NCBI GenBank assembly: GCA_028023455.1
Contig: JAQFVV010000008.1
Location: forward strand, 17,546,001-17,610,000
Length of the DNA stretch: 64,000 nt
Source: Epiperipatus broadwayi
Lineage: Eukaryota > Animalia > Onychophora
Direction of reading: 5' to 3'
Below, one piece after another: positions 22,351-36,500 of this stretch; the stretch's first letter is position 1; every line of letters starts with the position of its first letter. Both the position numbers and the translations under genes were made by a program. Under the pieces are notes generated by a model that had not been told where the DNA came from, did not search any database, and worked only from the letters and a program-made list of their open reading frames with translations.

Positions 22351-25300
22351 TGATTTACAATGTTAGTTTAGATGTTTTATAATCTTTATCAAGTAAGGCC
22401 ATCAATCTTGTTTTAAAATTATTTTAAATATTAAATAATACATTTTTATTATATAATAATTATTATCATATTTATGAAAATCATATATTTTAATGTATCA
22501 AAATTATCTACATTCCCTGAATTTAATAGTTTGTTCAATTGTTATATTTTCTTTTTAATTAAAGCCTTACATTTATATGAGGCATTTATTTAATTGTGCA
22601 CAAATACATGAATATGCCCTTTATTAAATGCAAGATAGTATAAATAATGTATTGTGAACCTTCTGAACATATTCATACATAACAAATCACAATTTAAAAC
22701 AGTTATTTGCTGCATTAAAAATTTATACAAATTTTTTCTTTTTATTTCTTTTATGTTTAATTCTTCCTGTAATGGAGTTTTCATACCAACTAGTCTCCAA
22801 GTTATTTATCATGACTTCTTGGAAACTCAGATTATTTGTTTTTCCTTTCCCTTCTCTTCAACTCATGGCAATCTCTTCCATTCTTTATAACATAGAAATA
22901 CAATAAGATAAAAAAAAATTTTTTTTCAATAATATTGCAAAGATAAGAATAAATAAAAATATCAGTGACACAATGAATATTTTTGGCAAAATATAAGAAC
23001 CTTATTGATATACATAAAAAATTAAATGAAGACCACTTTAAAAAACAAAACTAAGAAAAATGATTGCAGTATTTTCGAAAACTGATGGGAAATTCAATCA
23101 AAGTGTGTCATCAGTTATTAGGAAAAATACTACAACTTTACGTAGGCAATAAAATGGTTAAATTTTTGAAGAAAAAAATGATACAAAATATATTATGGGA
23201 AATAGTCTGACACCATGATTGAATATATCAATTTATGTTGAGACTAACAATTGAAAAAAAAAAACCCAAAACACTTGAAAAACCGATAAAGAATAATGAT
23301 ATAATAAATAGTATAAAATTAGAAAAATTCATACAAGGAATTAAGACAGAAAAAAGGGATTCAATAATTGTGAAAAAGTTATTAAATATATACAAAGACT
23401 AGGATAAAATGAAAAGCAAGTAGATGGATTTAATGACACTGAAAAAAATTAACATCATGAAAAATTAACAAAGAAAATAAAAATATTTTGGGAGAAAAAG
23501 AATTGAGAAAAGTCATTAAAAAAAGTCAAATTAAAAGGGCATACAAAATAATTATAATAAAATATCAATTGTTTTCAAACTTTGGAGCATGCTGTTAAAT
23601 CAAGCAAAAGCTTTAGATATGGAAGAATGGAATGCTTTTCCCAGGAATACAGAAAAATGTTAAACTCCACACATTTTACCTATTAAAAAAAGATACAGAA
23701 AAAAAATAGCAAAATTTTCATCCAGTATATAAAAAAGAATGAATAAAAAAGCCAAGAGAGTTGAATGAAGATTCATAATCATAATGTCATTATGACTCTG
23801 AGTTTATGAAAAAGTGGCAAAAGTAAGAATTCAGAAAGAAAAAAAAAGTAATTTTGTCAAAAACAAAAAAAAATTTTTTAATTTGAATGATAAAGATAGT
23901 TTTTGTAATTCTGAAGAAAAGATTATAGAGAAAAAATAATAATATAAAGAAAATTGTAACCATCCATTGCATTATGCAAATATAGAAATAGTTTACTGAA
24001 AGCACACACACTGAAAAATCAGCAATCTTAAAAAAATATTAAGAGATAGTGAACTGTGAAAAGTATATAGATCTAATTTTCCAAAAGTATGCTTTATAAA
24101 CAAAGATTATGGGCAAACACAAAAAATTTTAAAAGAAAACTAAAAGCATGTATATTGGTTAATTTTTGTTCCCACTGAAAAATATATTCTGGATCATAAA
24201 AATACTGAGGATTGAAACAGAAATAAATCCATATTAAAAAAGTAAAATATGATGAAAACATTATACTGGATAAGAAAAATACATAACATATCCAGATTAG
24301 AACAACAGCAAAATGATATTAAGGAAAACTAATAATAATCAAATGAAGTTAAAATGTAGGAAAATACTGGCTATGATGATAATGATAATGAAGTTTTCTA
24401 CGAGACTTGTTAAATCCACATAATTTAAAATTTGTCATTAATATGCTGCTATTTATCAAGAAATATTTATTTAGGAGTTGAAAGGGCCACAGAAAAAAAT
24501 GGTCGCAAAAAAATTAGGACACCAGAATTTAATCTGCCTTGTATGATAGGTATTAAAATCCCTAAGCAAAATATGAATGATTTTTATTCTTAGATAAGAT
24601 TAATCAGATTAAGTGTATTCATTATTCAATACCCAAAATAGACATGCTCTGGAGATTAAATGCCCCCAAATAATTCCAATATATATTGACCATAACAGCT
24701 TCTTTTATTTTTCAAGGATTACCTATGTAACTGAATCCTTTATTTTGATTAGTATGAATGATGCAAATTTGGAAACTTAAGTTTTCACAGATCAGTTTTT
24801 TTAATACAAAATTTTTTTCAACCATATTATCAATGGAAAAAGGCAAAAAGTTTTCCCCCAAAATGCATTGAATATACAGAATACTAATAAGGTAGGAATC
24901 TTTATAAGGTCAGAGCTTTTTGGATTTTGTTAATAACTAATAGTATCATTTTTGAGCTGAGTACAATCAGAAAACCACTGTATAATCTAACAAAGAAAAT
25001 ATAAAAGTATTTTTGTTACATTGAAGTGGAAAATTATACACTTTTCAAAGTCATTTTGGGTATTCATTATTATTAGAATTGTTCAAACAGATAAATACTG
25101 GTAATAATTTGAAATACATAAGGTTTTTATGCCATATTTTCTAAGAATCAGAAAATCAAATTGTTTTTCTTAAGCAAGTAGGTCATCAGCTTTGAAGCAG
25201 AATGTCCAAATAAAAAGATGGCAATTAAGCTTCACATATATAAAACTTTAAAAAAAGATTACGAATCAGAGAAGGAAAATGTTGTATATGGTTTTTATTT

Positions 25301-26699
25301 ATTAATTCTTCATTAAGTTGATTGATTAGATCTGAAAAGCATTTTCCAGTCATTGTAAATCTGCTTACACAACCTGTGCTCACTGATAATTCTTTCCACA
25401 ATATAAGATTGCATTCTGATTTATAAATGATAGAGTTAAAACAAAATAAAAAGGAGAAATAAAAGCAGGAGAGCAAAGCCAAATTATATTCAGAAGAGAT
25501 AATTAATAATGAAGATATACTTAATTCACTGTTAATATGGATGTCTATATTGCTCGGAAATAAGACAACTAAAATATTTTAGTGAGGACTGAAAAAAAAA
25601 CCCTGTTTCTAATGTGTGGAGGGATGTTTTACATGGAAAGATATGATTAAATATGTGCAAGCTTGTATATAAAGAGAAATGTGATACTTATCAAAGAGTT
25701 AAGACAAAAGAATAGCAGCAATATACTTGAAAGATAAAAGGACTATTCTCATATGCACAGAAACTTTTCATTCTTTTTCTTATTATTATTACTGAAGATT
25801 AGCAAAAAGAAAATCTCACACAGTCCAAATTCAGGACTGTCTGTGGACATTTACTTTTTGATTAGAAAATGTCTTTCATATCTGATCAGATCTTAAGAAA
25901 TAGGAAATCAACATATGTTCATTGGAGTTACAGATCTAAATTTAAATATAATAACCAAAACATTAATCAAAGCACTTTCTAGCAATGTAAGGAAAAAAAA
26001 AAGATAATTTCTAAGCTATAGGATGATTTATCATTTTATGCTTTCTACATTTTCATATATGTGCATATTGATATCAGTAAAAGTCCTAATTATTTCTGGG
26101 CAAAAATGTAAATTTGAGTAACGAGATGAAGAAAATTATTAAACCCTTCTTATTCAAGCTTCTTTTCTCTTATATTTGGCAACAAAAGTTAGGGGCAAAT
26201 AGGAGATAGGACATTGAAAAGTTAAAACTAAAATTTATGAGTTGATTCAGAATAATAAAAAGTTAAATGTATATATATAGATTTTACATTGATGTGATAA
26301 CCAGGACAACCAAGAGAATAAAAATAAAAACCATTTAAGTTTATTACTTCATCTATTGGAAGATAAAAATGGCACTTCAAAATTGTCAAAAAACAAACAT
26401 ATGAAGTAAGGAAAATGGAACTGACCAGGAACAACTAAACTGAAAGATTATGATCCTGAAAAGAACATGAAAGGAAGGAGGATATCATAAACTAAAAACA
26501 TTTTAAACAATTATCACATTGCCATATCACTTCTACTTGAAACAATTGATAAACAAAAACTTATATATATTCAAGTGAAAGTTGAGTGATTCAATAGATT
26601 AAAATAGTTTAAATTTGTGGAAAATTTCTCCCATAATTATAAATGCGCATTATCTAGCCATAAAAAATCAGAATTATATCTTTTCCAAAATATTTCTTC

Positions 26700-27550
26700 A
26701 ATCGGAGCTGTGAAGCAGACAAGGTAAACTCTTATATTTGTGTTTAACCTCTTAAAATATAAAATGAGTAACGGTGTTGATTTCCTAGAACATAAAAACT
26801 TCAGGTCACGCCCAATCACCAGATCGCGCAGTGACACTAATGTTAGGCAAGCCTTAGTCAATCTTAATCCGAGCCCACAATCTGAAGAAGGGAAAAACAC
26901 TATTAATTATACCAAACCCTTTGATAATGATCATACTAGTTTATCTACTATTAAAATGCCAGGTAATTGCTTGCAAAATCAGAAAGAAATCACAGATAGT
27001 AAACAATAAATTGTAGCAATAGTTACTTACCCCCCCCCCCGCTAAGAATGACCTGACTACGGAAAAAAATCGGAAAAAAATACGATTTCTCCCAAAAATC
27101 TACGTAAAGCTAATTTTTCCCATGAAAACAAAATAATCCTAAAAATAGCTCACCTCAAACAGAAAATCGTTCACAAAAATACGGTACGGAAAAATTTTTA
27201 AAAATGCAGGTGGAAATGGGATGGAGCAGAATATGGGAAAACTTAGGCTGGGGGAATGTAAAATTAAGTAGCTAACAAGTTTCTCTTGGTATAATTGCTG
27301 ACAGATTCTTTACTTCGTTTAAGAAGAAGCTATAATACATCACATCACATCGTACATTGCAACGAAACCTACTTCGGTCAAAAAACCGATTTAGATCAGG
27401 ATTTGGAGCTTGATAATGGAGAAATAAAAAAGAAAGCATCATCCCAGCACCAATCTGACAGTTATACATCACCCAACAAAGCTCCCTTGAAATTTCTGCC
27501 TCCGAATCTATCATTGAAAATAGCGATATGAATCGCAGCAAAGTTTTAAA
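26700..27550 (-). promoter_or_regulatory. CpG-retaining region with a perfect minus-strand splice donor (possible first exon/promoter of the 20-22 kb gene)
   Basis: CpG-rich, with repeated CGGAAAAA motifs at 27059-27195. acttac at 27025-27030 is GTAAGT on the minus strand. The link to the gene is inference. Confidence 0.3.
27205..27355 (+). repeat. Isolated 3' tail of the RTE-like LINE family also at 56.8-58.2 kb
   Basis: tggaaatgggatggagcagaatatgg...acttcgtttaagaag...tacatcacatcac aligns with the reverse complement of 56826-56960. Confidence 0.75.
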
Positions 27551-27556
27551 GCACAA

Positions 27557-30500
27557 AGAATGCTAGAATTACAAATCGTTCAGAACTTGTTCAAATCAGA
27601 TTTTCCTAGTATTAACTCGAATAATAAAGCTAAGAACTCACAGACTGACAACAACATGGCATCATATCAAAAGATAACAACTCATATTCAATCACAAACC
27701 AAGTTGAACGTGCTTAAGCAAACAAACGATAGAAGTTACACTGCAGCACTTAATAATAAAACAACCAACGTGTAAAATCAAATGACATAACACAACATTA
27801 TAACATTCTAGATTTTGTTGAGGAAAACAACACAACACACCTATTAATAAAGAGACCAACTCCCAACTCAAACAACTAAGCTCACTATATCCTTTAAATA
27901 ACTATGAAGAAATTAGGAATTTAATTCACGAATCCCACCACTACTCTTTAATTCATTTCTGAATTATCATAGTGATAACACACTAATCCTCAGTACTACT
28001 AATGATAATTGCAACCTATTTACATTTCCCAACTGATGAAGCTACTAAAATGTCAACAACTAGGAGATGCCATAAAACGTATTTATCATCATCCTAACCG
28101 AAGATATCTAATCGTGGAATTTCATAACTTAATGCAAAAAGAGCTTTTCAAAAGAAGTCAACTCTACCTCAAGCAATGATACTTAATTAAAATAGAGATG
28201 AATAGGTCCAGAATAGCATATGGCCTTGCTCGAAACTATTACTTTAACTTCTCAGAACTTGACTTGCAAAGACTTTTAGCCAAATATGGAGTAATTACCA
28301 ACTTCAAATATCTGAGAAAAGGGCAGACCTCGAGCTACCATCAAACAATGCTGCATTTACCTTTAAGCTTAACAAAGGTTACGCTCCAATTGACATTCCC
28401 TCAACATTGGAGGAGGGGAAATGTCCCATCTTTATTTCAATCTGTGGTGTGCATCCCCAATGCTTCTTTTGTGATGATCATACACATCTAGTTAAATCAT
28501 GTCCAAACAGAATTTGCAAAACATGCAACATCAGGAAAACAAAGAATCATAATGCTTTCCAACCTCAAAATATTCCACACTCGTCCTACTCCACCACTTC
28601 CAATGCAGCAAATAGTTTAGTGCAATCAACAAATAAATCAAAAATGGACATACCTTACCAAGATGAACATGAAACCTTGCCCGAGATCATGAAGAATATT
28701 CAAGACACTGGCTCTGCCACTCAGCAGCCAGAAACACTCCATTTACACCAGCTCTCACATGAAGTCATAACTCAAAATAAAACCAAAGAGCAAATACAAC
28801 TACAGAATACAGCAAATACAGACAAATCATCAAAACAGCCACATGCCACTCAAACTACCCAGAGAGATCATATAGCTTCCAACAACAAAAGAAAGAATCA
28901 TGAATCTTCAAGCTCTCAGCCTGAAGAAACTAGCAACTCCACAGTGGACTCAGATCCAGAACCCAATCACTCACAGAATACAACAAATAGAGGTCCCAAC
29001 ATCAGAAGGAAAAAAAGACAAGAAGAGAACCAGAATAGCCAAAACACAATCCAATCAAGACAGCATTTCTCTGGAATTATCAAACCCTACAAATTCTCAC
29101 TACAACACCAACTTCAACTCAAATCAGCGCATCACAAATGAAACAATCACAACATTGCAACTTACTGCACTACCTCAAGTTGCTGACTGCCAGAGTAAAG
29201 AATCCCATACCCGGAAGAACAACAGGATTTAACTGACAATTTTTATACTAATGAATAACCTCAAGTCTGCTCACTTATAATGTTATCATACCAATCATGC
29301 TTTTAAAAATTGGAGGTATCAATGTAAAGGGTCTCAATTCCATAGCTCAAGCATTCTAACCTACACATTTCATTCTTCTCAGAAACAAAGCTTCACTTTC
29401 AATCAAACTTCAAAATTAATGAACTAATGCAGCAATTTGGTGAGTTTCATTATGCGCCATCTACCACTGCCTCATCTGGAGTGGCGTTTCTTATCAACAA
29501 GAACCTGTTTTATAACAATTACAGAACTTTATATCTCAGTAAAGAGTTATTGATTGCAAATCTAACTTTTGGCAATAACTCAATCAACATAGTATATCTC
29601 TATATCAAGAATGACCCCAATATTGCTCTTTCAGTTAGCTACAAAATCAATTCCCTACTGTTTAATTATTCCTCATCAACTATCTGCTTCAGAGACCTTA
29701 ACATGAGCTACGATCAGTTTAACATCAAATATCTTCACCTTCTCAACAGTGTCTTCCTGTTTGAAGGATTTTTCTCTCCTGACTCTTCGTTCTATACACT
29801 TTGAAAAAGATCATTAATAGATCTCCTTTATTACACTTCAAAACTACATCATAATCTCAATGCCAAGCTTCAAATAGTACCCTTTTTTGATCATCTTGCA
29901 ATATTAATCTCACTCCAGTTAGACCCTGCTATATCCTTCCACTCAAATCACACCCATACCATTAGACTGCTAAACAAAGCTGCTACTCCAGAGTAGATTT
30001 TTTCTGAGGCATATATACTGTAACAGTCAAATATGTACATTCGCATAACAAAATCTAGAACTTTAGTAAATCATCCCAAGGCAACCAGAATATGGTGGTG
30101 AAAACATAGGTTTGATATAGCCTTAGTTCCTTTACTATTGCTCAGAGATTTACCACCTTACGAATGACACACCTGAGTTTACAGCAGTATTTTTCTTCAT
30201 CATGTGCCGGCAGTAGAACATCAGTAGAGCAAAAGACTGGGAGAAAGTTGACATTCTATATAGTATAGCTGTATAGGTATCATGTGGCTAGGATATGATT
30301 ATTAAACAGTGAAATGATTTTTAATAACTAATAATAAATAATTACTAAATGGTGGAATGATTATGAGTCGGTGAGCAAGACTGAGACATGAGACAAAGTT
30401 AAATTTAAAACAAATTTAATAAAGTTAAATTTTGAAATAATAATTAAAACAGTAATTACAAATGTCTATATGCATTGTCTCACTCGCAGGTGATTAAGGA

Positions 30501-33500
30501 ATAATTTACATTTTAGTTGGGTTCATGTGCAAGTGATGGTTTTAGATATATAATTCTTTATGGCTGAGTTATACATACCTTGGTTTACATATATAGGTGG
30601 TATGTGAAATCACTCGCAGGTGATATCAAATCTCTAGTTGCACATCATCTGGTTTCTTACACATACGTATATCACTCATAGGTGATAATTTAATATTTAG
30701 GCACTTCCGGTTTATATATAGCATTTTAATCACTCGCAGATGATTGTAGTTTTTAGGTTACAAATATTTAATTTACTTAGCTATACATTGTAATGATAAG
30801 AAAAGTAGAGCTGCTTTAACCTAACCTAGAGATGCAGATAGAGGGGGTTCGAACCTCACCTACTCCTCTAGATTGCTACTAAGCGACTTACTCCCCAAAC
30901 CTCACTAGAATTTAATCTTAATATATGCCCGGTGGTCAGGGAGAGAAGAGACCATGAAAAGGAATTTTTACATATATAATGATCAGATGTACATATGTAT
31001 GTTACAAAAGAAAACAATACTAAGTGGTTTTATTTATAGTGAATGAAAGATAACACAAACTTTTATTATTTACATTAAAAGAATTCATACGTTTTATTAA
31101 TAGTGTCACAGGTTATTTTCACTGCAACCGGATAGACATATTTGAAAGATCCATTGATAGTAATGATAAGAATAGACAAAATTTTACATTATCATTTCTT
31201 TCTTTAAAATATTCCATCCAATGGAAGTGTTACATAAAAGAAATCAAGAGAGAGAGAGAGAGATGATTCATTAACTCTGTGGTTGGAGAACATAGAAATA
31301 AATAGGTGGTCAAACTCAACTAAACACTTTGGACAGGTTTAAATCACCACCCTACTTATGATTTAAGAAGAATGATAAAGTGACCCCAACAGGAATTTCC
31401 AGCTATAATTGAAACATTTCGATGATATTTTGAGAAAGATTTCCTAATAAATATAAATATATAAGACCATGCACACAGGCGATAGCATATAGTGGGCTGT
31501 GAGGCTCTAGACATAACAGTTACCAAGAGGTTAACACAAGTCCGGATAGCTCCCCGTCTCTAAGCTAGGTTAGAGAGAAAAATGGAACCTGTTCGCTAAA
31601 CGCGTGACCCGGATTCAGGATCGGAGTTTTATTGCTTATGTCCAGTTACGTACATTGAAGGGACTGAAATCAACATGAGATCAGAACATTTTATTTATTT
31701 TAGGAAGATCCCAATGTAGGTATGTTAACCTAAGCGAACTTGGCAAAAAGAAGCACTGTAATTTATGCGGAGCGGCCCAGTAGATCCCCCGAGGCACGAT
31801 ATCATATAAATACGGTCAACGACCTTTAAATTTAAAAAGAAACCCTCTGCAAAACATATATATATATATTACGAACGCTCAACTATCACCGAAAATCCGC
31901 AGAAAATAGTAACTTCCCTTTTTATAAAATTCAGATCACTAAACAAGAGGGCGGATATTTTATTGATTTAGTTGAAGTTTAACCAACACCACAGGGCCAA
32001 TGTGATTTAATAATTCTTAATACATATTATATTGTTAAAACGTACTCTCTCTTATTACTAAAATATAAATGTGAACGTTTTATTTCACGTTCTTTAAAAT
32101 ATAACTTTAAATTTGTAACTCTTCATTGACTAAAATATAATGGCATTTGATAAGGATCTTTCTTTTATATATATATACAAAAAAAACTAAGTTAAAGTTT
32201 GGAAAGTTTTATAATAGCATATTTAGCAATTTAAATCTTGATTTTAAATTAGAGTTTTGCACCTTCTATAATTTGCTTCCCTTTCTTTCCAAAATATCTA
32301 TATAAAATAACTTAAACTACTTGAGTATAATGGGGGAAAATTAAAGTATTTTTCAATTAAATTAATAAGAATTACTGCCCCATTATATGTAATAACCCTA
32401 CCACCCATTAAAGTATTTAAAGAAAAAAGAAAGCAATTAATGAAATATAATTTCACAAGACTCGAATACATAGATTTAAAAAAATAGATATATATAGAAA
32501 AGCATAAATATACATTGAATTTTCAAATTGCAAAGATATTTTAATAATTTATGGAAACGTTACTGGTAACTAAATGGGTGGGTCAAAATGAGTTCATTTG
32601 ATGTTTCCCCGCAGGTCTTCTCGGTTCTTCAAATTTGTTTTTCCATGTTTTTGAGGGCAGATTTTTTTCACGGATACAGGGTAGATACTTTTGTTCTCTG
32701 GCTGGCTTACATGATTACGACTTCGACCTCAGGAACAGCTCAGGAGAGCGAAGGCAAAAGAGGTTACTCCCACATTTTTGCAGAGCAACACATTTCTGGA
32801 TTTTTATTTATATGCCGAAAAATAGAGTGCAGCTTGAAGTAAGTACAGCAAGCAAGAGTTCGCTATATTGTCTAATTTTTCAGCAAAATTTCTTCCAACT
32901 AAATTCTTAAGACTTTCTCTCTGACCTTCAGCACTGGTTACCTGCAAGCATAAGACCAAGAACAAAAGAAAAGTTCTTTATTTATACCCTTTTTCCATTA
33001 TGTTTTTAATCTGCTAATTAGTAGCGAATCATGCCCGTTGTTTCAAATTTTTCCTATTATCTATTTTTATCTAAGAAATTCATTGAATTCTAACAAATAT
33101 ATTTTAAAAATAATTGCAATTATAATTTTAACCTTCTATATTTTATTTTATTAAATCTTTTAATTTAGGCAACTATTTGAGAAAACGATAAATTTAGTTT
33201 GAAAAAGAAACATACATTCACTGTGGTTGGACTTAGGGTCTTAGTTAGTCCACAGTGAATGGTGAAGCCAGCATATATATTTTTATATATATATATGCAC
33301 AGCTTCAATATATGATTCACTCGCAGGTGATGAAATTATAATACATTTGAATTTACATTTTCATGAGCTTTAATATTATTTTTATAACTAAATGAATTTG
33401 CTCATGATTATCTATGCCTAGTTTATATTATATCATAGGATGTAGATTTGCTTTAGTTAGTAAAAGTAAATATAAACATTTATAAAGAACATATTTTATT

Positions 33501-36500
33501 AAGCACGAATAATCAATATATTCTCTATATAGCTAATATGCATATTAAATTGGATTCGAATTCAGATCAAAGCTGAAAATAACTATTATAATGGCGGGAT
33601 GAATTGATTATTGGCAGCCGGACTTCACATACTAAGGCGTATAGAAAACATATAATTCTGAGTCCCTGCGTCTCATATATGTGCCTTTTTCATGGGATTC
33701 GTACCAAGTACCGGTTCCCTTTTACCATACTCATTGCTGTGAAAATAAGAGACCTTTAGTCCGATGATCGAGCAATTTATTTAAGTGGGAGTCTCATGCT
33801 CCATTCCTAAGGATGCAGAATGGGGAGGTGCGAACCTGTCTACCATCTGAAGAAGATAATTGCCCGAACTAAGAGTACTGGTGTAGCCCTAACACATACA
33901 CCCAGTAAGGAATACAGCAACAAGTGATTACACTGTACCGTTTTTTAAGGACACATACATACCGCTGACAACATTATCATATAATAAAAATTAAGACGCT
34001 AAACAATAGTTTCCTTCATGAAACTACCATGTATCATGATGTTCATATGATAGTATTTATAATTATACTATTAAAGAAAGCTTATGAATCCAAGTTATAA
34101 AGCTATCTATATAGGCTTTTATTTCTCTAAGGAGGATTACAGCATCTTAAGGGAAATTACAATATAGATTATAGATTTATGCTGTATTTCATCACTTCAA
34201 CTGAATATTGGTTAAATATTATATTTAAGCAAATCTATCTTAGAACAACTGTAAGCTGGGAATTATATCTTAATTAAGATATTTTATCCATTTTAAAACA
34301 GAGCTTTAGTTTGTGCGTCAATATATGCGGAATTACATATATATGTGAAATTACATATATATGCGTGAGAATCTAATTACCTCTCACTAATGATTTAATT
34401 ATGAACAAAACTCAGTTTGGAATACATATAGCATAAACAATAACATAACTGAAAATAATAAGATTTGGCATAGATTTAATTAAAAGAAATCTAAGGTTTA
34501 AAATAAGATAAGATTTCATGTACGTGAAATCTAAAATTTGGCTTTGTTTTAAAATGAAACTTATGCGACATTAGCTGAAATTTGATTGATTCAGTTTCAA
34601 TAATTATGAACTGTTTATAAAATTAATGATGGCAAACATTATCATTAATTTAAAATATACAAAATAACTTAGAAATTAAATAGTTATTTTAAAATAGATC
34701 ATTTTGCATTATAAGTGACTAAAGTTATATTAAAACATTTAAAATATAGATTTTAGCAAGTTAAAACTAAATAGCATTTAATTACTCAATAATAGGATGG
34801 ATACGTAAAACTAAATCAATCATAAATAAATAAGTTCAGCAAGTAAACCAATACATAAAGAAATCTTATCAATAAATGAAATGTGTTGTTAATGCAAATA
34901 ATTCTGATAAGAAATCATAAAGTAGTTAAATCAGTATTTATCAGTTAATGAATTATAACAGTAAATCAGTTTATAACTCAGATAATAATGTCGTATATCA
35001 GGCAAGATTTTAGGATTGAAATAAAACAAAAATTACATTTAAGAAATAAGTTTAGTTTACATTATTATTATGGCCATAGATTTAGATAGCATTTTAGAAT
35101 TAGTTGACTTTAGTTGAAAGCTCTAGAATTGAAGTATTTATTACCATTTTCTTCTTTCTCTGCTGACAGGCTATTTGATCATCAAGGAACTTCTTTAGGT
35201 GGTGACAGCTGTTACTTCATCTCTTCCGTCATCAGGTAGCTTCTCATTGAGGTTGAGAAGGCAAGAGTTTTAGCCCTCTACCCCGACATCATCACCATCA
35301 ATGCTTTTGTAAATACTTTTTTAAAATAGAATCATAGTGTTTCAAAGATGGCTGCAGCAGCTTTTATATTAGCTCACCCCCCTCTCCTTCATTATATTAT
35401 TTTTAGATTCATTTTCTTAGCTTACTCACTGTTTCTAAAATTTAGTAGGATCCCGCTGTGATTATTTTTCACTTAGGTCAATTTAACCTCGGTGACTCGC
35501 GGTAATTTATTCAATTTTTTTAATTTAAATCTAATTTTAACCTTAAATTGAAATTGGGTCAATTTTCAGCGAGAAGGATTAACTTTTTCTGACATCATCC
35601 TTTCTAGAAAAACAAATCTAAAATATGGAAAAACATTTTGTTATATATGTAACTTGACCGTTTAATTTAGCGATATATGCAAATTATATAGCAATTTCTA
35701 ATATTACTTTTAAGAATATTAAATAATATTTTAGAATATTATTCTTCTAGCATATATGTAGTCTTAAGTTACATATAGAACTTGTTTTTCATTTATTTAT
35801 TATTAGAAATATATGTGTGCATTTAGAGGTTTACGTATATAAATGCAATTTTCTCTCTATATGTAGATATACGTACACATACATGGTTAACGTATTTAGG
35901 TTTAAATTTAGCCAGGTTTTTATGATAATATTAGTATGATATACAAGGATTTGATGATAGTTATATAGATAGAAATACTACTATAGAATATAGTAGGTGA
36001 AACAGTTGGATTGTCAAAGCCAACTGTTTCAATACTTCTAAATATTCTCACACTTCCTCTGTTTCAAGCTTGGTCTTCACTAGTAGGAATAATGAGCTCA
36101 CTTATCGCTGTTCACACTAGAACGTCAAAAGGTCCCAATCAGCTGTTGAAGAACTTTGACTCCATCAATACTAGGCTGAGTGCTTTTACGCAAACAGACA
36201 CTAGTATCCAAGATATCATGGATCTCAAAACTCAATACCATGATAAACAGGAGCTGGTGCAATATATAGCCACAAAAACATCCAAAATATTCTTATCTAA
36301 CCATCACAACTGGACTCGGTTACATTAGGTGGACACTGGGTTCTGCAAAGAGGCCCACACCTACTATGATAATAATCGATCAAAACTGCTACAGTAGTCC
36401 TGAAATGCTTGCAAGAATTCACGAACATTTTATAACTAAACTGCAAAACCAAAATTTTTCAGTTGGAAAAATCTGGAAATCCTCAAGTGACAATCTTCAA

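Noticed and set aside
30205-30215. TGCCGGCAGTA shared with 63572-63582
   Set aside because: An 11-bp match with no flanking similarity; could be chance.
30840-30860. tRNA gene at GGTTCGAACC
   Set aside because: B-box-like word only; no A-box or cloverleaf.
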